Below, piece after piece: positions 35,658 through 45,800 of a DNA stretch of 64,000 nucleotides. Position 1 is the stretch's first letter; each line of letters starts with the position of its first letter. The stretch spans positions 113,648,001 through 113,712,000 of the forward strand of contig CM059432.1 in the NCBI GenBank assembly GCA_030390025.1. The letters are read 5' to 3'. The notes under the pieces are model-generated. The model was not told the origin of the DNA. It ran no database searches and saw only the letters and a program-made list of their open reading frames with translations. The translations under genes and the position numbers were made by a program. This stretch comes from Squalus acanthias. Taxonomy: Eukaryota.

Positions 35658-37364
35658 AAAGAACATAAGAACATAAGAACTAGGAGCAGGAGTCGGCCAT
35701 TTGGCCTCGCAAGCCTGCTCCGCCATTCAATAAGATCATGGCTGATCTTCTACCTCATCTCCACTTTCCTGACTTATCCCCATATCCCTTGATTCCCTTA
35801 ATATTCAATAATCTATCAATCTCTATCTTGAATATACTCAACGACTGAGCCTCCACAGCCCTCTGGGGTAGAGAATTCCAAAGATTCACCACCCTCTGAG
35901 TGAAGAAATTTCTCCTCATCTCAGTCCTAAATGGCCGACCCCTTATTCTGAGACTGTGACCCCTGGTTCTAGACTCCCCAGCCAGGGGAAACATCCTCCC
36001 TGCATCTACCCTGTCAAGCCCTGTAAGAATTTTGTATGTTTCAATGAGATCACCTCTCTTTCTTCTAAACTCTAGAGAATATAGGCCTAGTCTACTCAAT
36101 CTCTCCTCATAGGACAATCCCCCCATCCAGGAACCAGCCTGGTGAACCTTCGTTGCACTTCCCTCTATGGCAAGTATATCCTTCCTTAGGTAAGGAGACC
36201 AAAACTGTACACAATACTCCAGGTGTGGTCTCACAGGGCCCTATATAATTGCAGTAAGACGTCTTTACTCTTATACTCAAATCCTCTTGTAATAAAGACC
36301 AACATACCATTTGCTTTCCTAATTGCTTGCTGTACCTGCATGTTAACTTTCAGTGATTCGTGTACAAAGACACCCAGGTCCCTCTGAACACCAACATTTC
36401 CCAAGCTCTCACCATTTAAAAGATACTCTGCTTTTCTATTTTTCCTACCAAAGTGGATAACTTCACATTTCTCCACGTTATATTCCATTTGTCATGTTCT
36501 TGCCCACTCACTTAGCCTGTCTATATCCCCTTGATGCTTCCTTGCATCCTCCTCACAATTTACATTCCCACCCAGCTTTGTATCATCAGCAAACTTGGAT
36601 ATATTACATTTGGTTCCCTCATCCAAATCATTGATGTAGATTGTGAATAGCTGATGCCCAAGCACTATTCCTTGCGGTACCCCACTTGTTACAGCCTGCC
36701 AACCCGAAAATGACCTGTTTATTCCTACTCTCTGTTTTCTGTCCGTTAACCAATCCTCAATCCATGCTAGTATATTAACGCCAATCTCATGAGCCTTAAT
36801 TTTGTTTAATAACCTCTTGTGTGGCACCTTATCGAATGCCTTCTGAAAATCCAAATACATCACACCCACTGGTTCCCCCTGATCTATTCTGCTAGTTACA
36901 ACCTCAAAAAACTCGAAATTGTCAAACACGATTTCCCTTTCATAAATTCGTGTTGACTCTGCCCAATCCTGTTCTTATTTTCTAAGTGCCCTGTTACCAT
37001 GTCCTTAATAATAGATTCTAGCATTTTCCCTACTACTGATGTCAGGCTAACTGGTCTGTAGTTCCCCGTTTTCTCTCTCCCTCCTTTCTTAAATAGTGGG
37101 GTTACATTTGCCACCTTCCAATCCGCAGGAACCGTTCTAGAATCTATGGAATTTTGGAAAATGACAACCAATGCATCCACTATCTCTATAGCCAACTCTT
37201 TCAAAACCCGAGGATGTAGGCCATCAGGTCCAGGGGATTTATCAGCTTTCAGTCCCATTAATTTCTCCAGTACTACTTTTTTACTAATGCTCATTTCTAT
37301 CAGTTCCTCATTCTCGATAGACCCTTACAACTTCACTATTTCCGGGAAGGTTTTTGTGTCTTCT
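35658..37364 (-). mobile_element. CR1 LINE 3' portion, several frameshifts
   Basis: (AAGAACAT)n tail; RT fragments in four ORFs 35755-37294. Confidence 0.93.
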
Positions 37365-37396
37365 CAACGTTTCAGGTCGATGACCTTTCATCAGAA
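37365..37396 (-). ncRNA. Minimal hammerhead ribozyme-like core (probably disabled)
   Basis: Minus strand CUGAUGA-A-AGGUC-AUC-GACCU-GAAAC-GUU: both conserved boxes and a 5-bp stem II; 3' side replaced by the CR1 insertion. Confidence 0.55.
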
Positions 37397-37673
37397 TGTG
37401 AAAAGTTAACTCCGTTTCTCTTTCCGTAAATGCTGCCTGATTTGCTGAGCAATTCCAGCATTTTAGATCAGATTTCTAGCATCTGCAGTATTTTGTTCTT
37501 GAATGAGCAGAGTGACAGTAGGAATCAGTAACAGTTTCATCAGGAAACACCTGCCCACCACTGAGCTGTTCACCAATGCTAAGTTCAAGTTGCCTTGTGG
37601 GCCCTTTCAAAAATGTGACCCCATGAACGGGTGATGCAAGATCAAGCAGGGTGCTGTAGCCGTTTCTCTGAGG

Positions 37674-40130
37674 CTGACTCCATGTGATATCAAGAAACGG
37701 CTGAGCGCACTGGATACAGCAAAGGCTACGGGTCCTGACAACATTCCGGCTATCGTGCTGAAGACTTGTGCTCCAGAACTAGCCGCGCCTCTAGCCAAGC
37801 TGTTCCAGGACAGCTACAATACTGGCATCTATCCGACAATGTGGAAAACTGCCCAGGTATGTCCTGTCCACAAAAAGCAGGACAAATCCAATCCGGCAAA
37901 TTACCGCCCCAACAGTCTACTCTCAATCAAGCAGCACTTACTCACCAATAACCTGTTCACTGATGCCCAGTGCGGGTTCCGCCAGGACCACTCGGCTCCA
38001 GACTTCATTACAGCCTTGGTCCAAACATGGACAAAAGAGCTAAATTCCAGAGGTGAGGTGAAAGTGACTGCCTTTGACATCAAGGCAGCGTTTGACCGAG
38101 TGTGGCATCAAGGAGCCCTAGTAAAACTGAAGTCAATGGGAATCGGGGGAAAACTCCACTGGCTGGAGTCATACCTAGCACAAAGGAAGATGGTTGTGGT
38201 GGTTGGAGGTCAATCATCTCAGCCCCAGGACATCGCTGCAGGAGTTCTTCAGGGCAGTGTCCTAGGCCCAGCCATCTTCAGCTGCTTCATCAATGACCTT
38301 TCCTCCATCATAAGGTCAGAAGTGGGGATGTTCGCTGATGACTGCACAGTGTTCAGTTCCATTCGCAACTCATCAGATAATAAAGCAGTCCATGCCCGCA
38401 TGCAGCAAGACCTGGACGACATTCAGACTTGGGCTGATAAGTGGCAGGTAACATTTGCGCCACACAAGTGCCAGGCAATGACTATATCCAACAAGCGAGC
38501 GTCTAACCACCGCCCCTTGACATTCAACAGTATTACCATCGCCGAATCCCCCTCCATCAATATCCTGGGGGGGTCACCATTGACCAGAAACTTAACTGGA
38601 CCAGCCACATAAATACTGTGGCAACAAGAGCAGGTCAGAGGCTAGGTATTCTGCGGCGAGTGTCTCACCTCCTGACTCCCCAAAGCCTTTCCACCATCTA
38701 CAAGGCACAAGTAAGGAGTGTGATGGAATACTCTCCACTTGCCTGGATGAGTGCAGCTCCAACAACACTCAAAAACTCGACACCATCCAGGACAAAGCAG
38801 CCCACTTGATTGGCACCCCATCCATCACCTTAAACATTCATTCCCTCCACCACCGGTGCACCGTGGCTGCAGTGTGTACCATCTACAAGATGCACTGCAG
38901 CAACTCACCAAGGCTTCTTCGGCAGCATCTCCCAAACCCGCGACCTCTTCCACCTAGAAGGACAAGGGCAGCAGGCGCATCGGAACACCACCACCTCCAT
39001 GTTCCCCTCCAAGTCACACACCATCCTGACTTGGAAGTATATTGCTGTTCCTTCATCGTCGCTGGGTCAAAATCTTGGAACTCCCTCCCTAACAGCACTG
39101 TGGGAGTTCTTCTTCTTCTTCTTCTCTTAGGCAGTCCCTCGAACCAAGGATGACTTGCTTCCACACTAGAAATGAGTTCTCAGGTGACTGATGAGTCCAA
39201 TGCGGGACCTACAGTCTCTAACACAGGTGGGGCAGATGGTGGTTGAAGGGGCGGGTGGGTGGGGTTCTTGGGTTGACGTGCGCTCCTCCCGCTGTTTGCG
39301 CTTGGCTTCCACTTGCTCCCAGCGAAGAGACTCGAGGTGTTCAGTGCCTTCCCAGATGCTTCTCTTCCACTTTGTGCAGTTTTGGGCCAGGGATTCCCAG
39401 GTGTCGGTGGGGATGTTGCACTTTTTCAAGGAGGCTTTGAGCGTGTCCTTGAAGCGTTTCCTCTGCCCACCTGGCGCTCTCTTGCCGTGTCGGAGCTCCA
39501 AGTAGAGCGCTTGCTTTGGGAGTCTCGTATCGGGCATGCGGACAATGTGGCCCGTCCATCGGAGCTGATCAAGCGTGGTCAAAGCTTCGATGCTGGGGAT
39601 GTTGGCCTGAGCAAGAACACTGACGTTGGTGCGCCTATCCTGCCAATGGATTTGCAGGATCTTGCGGAGGCAGCGTTGGTGGTACCTCTCCAGTGCTTTG
39701 AGGTGCCTGCTGTACATGGTCCATGTCTCTGAGGCATACAGCAGGGCGGGTATCACTGTTGCTCTGTAGACCATGAGCTTGGTGCTGGGTTTGAGGTCCT
39801 GGTCTTCAAACACTCTCTTCCTCGGGCGACCGAAGGTTGCACTGGCACACTGAAGGCGGTGTTGGACTTTGTCATCGACATCTGCCCTTGTTGACAGTAG
39901 GCTCTCGAGGTATGGAAAGTGGTCCACGTTGTCCAGGGACTCGTCATGGATTTTGATAATTGGGGAGCAGTACTGTGTGGCGGGGGCAGGTTGGTAGAGG
40001 ACCTTTACTACACAGACTGTAGCGGTTCAGGAAGGCGGCTCACCACCACCTTCTCAAGGGCAACTAGGGATGGGCAATAAATGCTGGCCTTGCCAGCGAC
40101 GCCCACATCCCATAAACAAATTTAAAAAAA
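37674..40130 (+). mobile_element. CR1/L2-group LINE (second family), 3' half, interrupted by an RTE at 39108-40005
   Basis: KATGPDNI, NYRP, FDIKAAFDRVWH, QGSVLGP, MFADD, VRSVMEY; 3' end GGGCAATAAATGCTGGCC...CCCACATCCC plus A-rich tail. Confidence 0.88.
39108..40005 (-). mobile_element. RTE-clade LINE 3' fragment
   Basis: ORF 39166-39927: DHFPYL, LLYASETW, LRWTGHIVRM...LPKQ, GGQRKRFKD, C-terminal CPTC...HLRTH; (AAG)n tail. Confidence 0.9.
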
Positions 40131-40292
40131 ATGAGAAATCCACAATATTGACTATTTTACATAATTTGAGCTGCAAAGTTGGCGTGTTTCATTCAACAAG
40201 AATACTAGCAGAACCGTAGATTTTTGGCATGTGCTGAGAATGACATAATCGAGTGGCCCGGCTCATGCACAGGGTAACATCACGGGTCAACC

Positions 40293-40818
40293 GAAAACCG
40301 GAGGTACCCACACTGTCGCTAATCACTCCATCAAACTAAACAGTCTGGGTGAGAGTCGCGGTGACTGATGGGGCATTGCGTGTGGGTCATGGATTGTTAA
40401 CAGGTTTATTAGGTGGAAAGTGTGGGGGTGGGGGGCTCACCTTTTACATTACGAAGTGAATAGTAACAGTTTCATGACTTCCGGATTCCGTCCAGTCCAA
40501 TGACGTCACTTGCTGCACATGCGCGGGCTTTCTGAGAAATCAACTTACTGCTGTTCATGGGCAAGAGTGTGATCCAAGTCTGGGGTGGGGACAGGGAGGA
40601 GAGGGAGAACATGGTGCAGGTGTAAAGGGGGTGGGGGTGGAAGAACGTGATGCAGGTTTAACAGATGGTGAGGGGGAGAACATGATCCGTCTTCCCATCT
40701 GGATCACGTTCTTGCTCTCATCCCCTGCCCTTTAGACCTGGATCATGTTCTTCCCCCACTCCCTACTATTCTCTCCATACTTCCCCCGACGAGTTCCTGA
40801 TCTTCTACCCCACCCAGG
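40293..40818 (-). repeat. Right arm of long diverged inverted repeat (partner 18841-19323)
   Basis: Reverse complement aligns collinearly with the left arm, with a few indels. Confidence 0.9.
40477..40538. promoter_or_regulatory. Dense promoter/enhancer-like motif cluster ~1.9 kb upstream of the DPYS ATG
   Basis: ACTTCCGG (ETS), CCAAT, TGACGTCA (CRE), GCACATGCGC (NRF1-like), TTCTGAGAA (STAT/GAS) within 62 bp; motif matches only. Confidence 0.45.
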
Positions 40819-42297
40819 CTTCTGACCTTCTCCCCACGAACTCCTAACCTTCTCCCCCCAAGTGCCTGACCTTCTGCCACTGAGTTCCTGATCTTTTCCC
40901 TCCGAGCTGCTGACCTTCTCCCCCCGAGCTCCTGATCTTCTCCCCCGAGCTCCTGACCTTCTCCCCACGAGTTCATGACCTTCTCCCCCCGAGCTCCTGA
41001 CCTTTTCCCCACGAGTTCATGACCTTCTGCCCCCGAGCTCCTGACCTTCTGCCCCTGAGTTCCTGATCTTCTCCCCCCGAGCTCCTGACCTTCTCCCCAT
41101 GAGTTCATGACCTTCTCCCCCCGAGCTCCTGACCTTCTCCTCACCCCGTGCTCCTGACCTTCTCCCCCCGAGCTCCTGATTTTATTCTCCCAAGCTAATG
41201 ACCTTCTCCCCACGAGCTCCGGACCTTCTTCCCCTGAGCTCTGGACCTTCTCCCCACGAGTTCATGACCTTCTCCCTCCGAGCTCCTGATTTTCTCCCCC
41301 GAGCTCCTGACATTCTCCCCCCCGAGTTCATGACCTTCTCCCCCCGAGCTCCGACCTTCTCCCCCGAGCTCCTGACCTTCTCCCCCGAGCTCCTGACCTT
41401 CTCCCCCCGAGCTCCTGACTTTCTCCCCCGAGCTCCTGACTTTCTCCCCCGAGCTCCTGACCTTCTCCCCCCAAGCTCCTGACCTTCTCCCCACGAGTTC
41501 ATGACCTTCTCACCCCGAGCTCCTGACCTTCTCCCCCCGAGCTCCTGATTTTCTCCCCCAAGCTCCTGACCTTCTCCCCACGAGTTCATGACCTTCTCAC
41601 CCCGAGCTCCTGACCTTCTCCCCCGAGCTCCTGACCCTCTCCCCCTGACCCTCTCCCCCAGGATCTCCTGACCCTCTCCCCCAGGATCTCCTGACCCTCT
41701 CCCCAGGATCTCCTGACCCTCCCCCTCTGAGCTCCTGGCCCTCTCCCCAGGATCTCCTGACCCTCCCCCTCTGAGCTCCTGGCCCTCTCCCCAGGATCTC
41801 CTGACCCTCCCCCTCTGAGCTCCTGGCCCTCTCCCCAGGATCTCCTGACCCTCCCCCTCTGAGCTCCTGACCCTCTCCCCCAGTATCTCCTGACCCTCTC
41901 CCCCTGACCCCCTCCCCCAGTATCTCCTGACCCTCTCCCCCTGACCCCCTCCCCCAGTATCTCCTGACCCTCTCCCCCTGGCCCTCTCCCCCAGGATCTC
42001 CTGACCCTCTCCACAGGATCTCCTGACCCTCTCCCCGAGTATCTCCTGACCCCCTCCCCCAGTATCTCCTGACCCTCTCCCCCTGACCCCCTCCCCCAGT
42101 ATCTCCTGACCCTCTCCCCCTGACCCCCTCCCCCAGTATCTCCTGACCCTCTCCCCCTGGCCCTCTCCCCCAGGATCTCCTGACCCTCTCCCCCAGGATC
42201 TCCTGACCCTCTCCCCGAGTATCTCCTGACCCTCTCCCCCAGTATCTCCTGACCCTCTCCCCCAGTATCTCCTGACCCTCTCCCCCTGAGCTCCTGA
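40790..42297. repeat. Pyrimidine-rich VNTR upstream of DPYS: 22-bp CTCCTGACCTTCTCCCCCCGAG units then ~23-bp ATCTCCTGACCCTCTCCCCCAG(G/T) units
   Basis: Directly visible tandem units; unit type changes near 41630. Confidence 0.95.
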
Positions 42298-42299
42298 CT

Positions 42300-42720
42300 C
42301 ACAAGGCTGAGTTACGCCCTCCTCCAGGCGCACAGAGTCTGAGCGAGTTTCGGTGAAGCGCTGAGTCCGCCCGCTGTCAGTGCGCCCTCTCACCGCCGGT
42401 CAGTGAGCCTCCTGCCGCCTCTGTGTCAGCATGGAACGGCCAGCCGGGCTCCTGATCCGCGGGGGGACGGTGGTGAACGCCGAGAGCTCGCTGCTCGCCG
42501 ATGTCTACATGGAGGACGGTCTGATCCAGGCGGTGGGGCCGGGGCTGGAGAAGGAGCTGGAGCTCCCGGGAGGGGTGCAGGTGATCGAGGCCGCCGGCAA
42601 ACTGCTGCTGCCCGGCGGCATCGACACCCACACTCACATGCAGTTCCCCTTCATGGGCTACCAAGCTGTCGATGATTTCTATCACGGAACTAAGGTACCG
42701 ACCCCGCAGGGGAAGCTTTC
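42300..42720 (+). promoter_or_regulatory. CpG-rich promoter/first-exon region of DPYS
   Basis: High GC/CpG, GC box CCGCCC at ~42367, good Kozak AGCATGG. Confidence 0.6.
42431..42694 (+). CDS. DPYS: Dihydropyrimidinase, coding exon 1 (88 codons)
   Basis: MERPAGLLIRGGTVVN...GKLLLPGGIDTHTHMQFPFMG...DDFYHGTK then AAG|GTACCG donor; DTHTH metal-binding motif and MQFPFMG favour DPYS over CRMP/DPYSL paralogues. Confidence 0.92.
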
Positions 42721-42887
42721 ATTCTGCTGATGGTTAGCATTGCCTTTTACGGTCCTTCCTTTGCAGGCTGGGTTAAACTTGGGAGATCTTCGACTTGAGA
42801 ACTGCAACTTTTTCAGCAGCTTTTAATTCTAAGGATTTTTGTGCAGTGAAATGATTGAGAGCAACGCAATATTGGGCCGGAATTTGA

Positions 42888-45800
42888 GGTGGGTCATACC
42901 GCTGAACGCGGTGGGTAATAACGGTGAACAGGGTGGGTAATAACGGTGAACGCGGTGGGTAATAACGGTGAACGCGGTGAGTAATAACGGTGAACAGGGT
43001 GGGTAATAACGGTGAACGCGGTGGGTAATAACGGTGAACGCGGTGAGTAATAACGGTGAACAGGGTGGGTAATAACGGTGAACGCGGTGGGTAATAACGG
43101 TGAACGCGGTGGGTAATAACGGTGAACAGGGTGGGTAATAACGGTGAACGCGGTGGGTAATAACGGTGAACGCGGTGAGTAATAACGGTGAACGCGGTGA
43201 GTAATAACGGTGAACGCGGTGGGTAATAACGGTGAACGCGGTGGGTAATAACGGTGAACGCGGTGAGTAGTAACGGTGAACGCGGTGGGTAATAACGGTG
43301 AACGCGGTGGGTAATAACGGTGAACGCGGTGAGTAATAACGGTGAACGCGGCGGGTAATAACGGTGAACGTGGCGAGTAATAACGGTGAACGCGGTGGGT
43401 AATAACGGTGAACGCGGTGGGTAATAACGGTGAACGCGGTGAGTAGTAACGGTGAACGCGGTGGGTAATAACGGTGAACGCGGTGGGTAGTAAAGGTGAA
43501 CGCGGTGGGTAATAACGGTGAACGCGGTGGGTAATAACGGTGAACGCGGTGAGTAGTAACGGTGAACGCGGTGGGTAATAACGGTGAACGCGGTGAGTAA
43601 TAACGGTGAACGCGGTGAGTAGTAACGGTGAACGCGGTGGGTAATAACGGTGAACGCGGTGGGTAATAACGGTGAACAGGGTGGGTAATAACGGTGAACA
43701 GGGTGAGTAATAACGGTGAACGCGGTGAGTAATAACGGTGAACGCGGTGGGTAATAACGGTGAACGCGGTGAGTAATAACGGTGAACGCGGTGAGTAATA
43801 ACGGTGAACGCGGTGAGTAATAACGGTGAACGCGGTGAGTAATAACGGTGAACGCGGTGAGTAATAACGGTGAACGCGGTGAGTAATAACGGTGAACGCG
43901 GTGGGTAATAACGGTGAACGCGGTGAGTAGTAACGGTGAACGCGGTGGGTAATAACGGTGAACGCGGTGGGTAATAACGGTGAACGCGGTGAGTAGTAAC
44001 GGTGAACGCGGTGGGTAATAACGGTGAACGCGGTGAGTAGTAACGGTGAACGCGGTGGGTAATAACGGTGAACGCGGTGGGTAATAACGGTGAACGCGGT
44101 GAGTAGTAACGGTGAACGCGGTGGGTAATAACGGTGAACGCGGTGGGTAATAACGGTGAACAGGGTGGGTAATAACGGTGAACAGGGTGAGTAATAACGG
44201 TGAACAGGGTGGGTAATAACGGTGAACAGGGTGAGTAATAACGGTGAACGCGGTGGGTAATAACGGTGAACGCGGTGAGTAATAACGGTGAACGCGGTGA
44301 GTAATAACGGTGAACAGGGTGGGTAATAACGGTGAACGCGGTGGGTAATAACGGTGAACGCGGTGAGTAATAACGGTGAACGCGGTGAGTAATAACGGTG
44401 AACGCGGTGGGTAATAACGGTGAACAGGGTGGGTAATAACGGTGAACGCGGTGGGTAATAACGGTGAACGCGGTGGGTAATAACGGTGAACAGGGTGGGT
44501 AATAACGGTGAACAGGGTGGGTAATAACGGTGAACGCGGTGGGTAATAACGGTGAACGCGGTGAGTAATAACGGTGAACGCGGTGGATAATAACGGTGAA
44601 CGCGGTGGGTAATAACGGTGAACAGGGTGAGTAATAACGGTGAACGCGGTGGGTAATAACGGTGAACAGGGTGGGTAATAACGGTGAACGCGGTGGGTAA
44701 TAACGGTGAACGCGGTGAGTAATAACGGTGAACAGGGTGAGTAATAACGGTGAACGCGGTGGGTAATAACGGTGAACAGGGTGGGTAATAACGGTGAACG
44801 CGGTGGGTAATAACGGTGAACAGGGTGGGTAATAACGGTGAACGCGGTGAGTAATAACGGTGAACGCGGTGAGTAATAACGGTGAACAGGGTGGGTAATA
44901 ACGGTGAACAGGGTGGGTAATAACGGTGAACGCGGTGGGTAATAACGGTGAACAGGGTGGGTAATAACGGTGAACAGGGTGAGTAATAACGGTGAACGCG
45001 GTGGGTAATAACGGTGAACAGGGTGGGTAATAACGGTGAACGCGGTGGGTAATAACGGTGAACAGGGTGGGTAATAACGGTGAACAGGGTGGGTAATAAC
45101 GGTGAACAGGGTGAGTAATAACGGTGAACGCGGTGGGTAATAACGGTGAACAGGGTGAGTAATAATGGTGAACGCGGTGGGTAATAACGGTGAACAGGGT
45201 GGGTAATAACGGTGAACGCGGTGGGTAATAACGGTGAACGCGGTGAGTAATAACGGTGAACAGGGTGGGTAATAAGTGAGAACGCGGTGGGTAATAACGG
45301 TGAACAGGGTGGGTAATAACGGTGAACGTGGTGAGTAATAACGGTGAACGCGGTGGGTAATAACGGTGAACGCGGTGGGTAATAACGATGAACAGGGTGA
45401 GTAATAACGGTGAACGCGGTGGGTAATAACGGTGAACGTGGTGAGTAATAACGGTGAACAGGGTGGGTAATAACGGTGAACGCGGTGGGTAATAACGGTG
45501 AACGCGGTGGGTAATAACGGTGAACAGGGTGAGTAATAACGGTGAACGCGGTGGGTAATAACGGTGAACGCGGTGGGTAATAACGGTGAACGCGGTGGGT
45601 AATAACGGTGAACACGGTGGGTAATAACGGTGAACGCGGTGAGTAATAACGGTGAACGCGGTGGGTAATAACGGTGAACGCGGTGGGTAATAACGGTGAA
45701 CGCGGTGAGTAATAACAGTGAACGCGGTGGGTAATAACGGTGAACGCGGTGGGTAATAACGGTGAACGCGGTGAGTAATAACGGTGAACGCGGTGGGTAA

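Larger units (their letters stand above)
35600..37500. mobile_element. Penelope-type inverted-repeat fragment with hammerhead-like core, split by a CR1
   Basis: 35600-35657 joins 37365-37396 (- orientation); 37400-37500 is a second arm in + orientation. Confidence 0.6.

Noticed and set aside
9354..37409. Plus-strand ORFs antisense to CR1 RT (e.g. 9574-9978, 26827-27147, 37146-37409)
   Set aside because: Recurrent shadow frames of LINE ORF2 with no independent support
18841..40818. Inverted arms as TIRs of a giant DNA transposon (Polinton or similar)
   Set aside because: No polymerase, integrase or capsid genes inside; interior is explained by independent nested TEs; arms fade into tandem repeats with no sharp terminus or TSD
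40732..42393. Minus-strand G/R/E-rich ORFs upstream of DPYS
   Set aside because: VNTR translations
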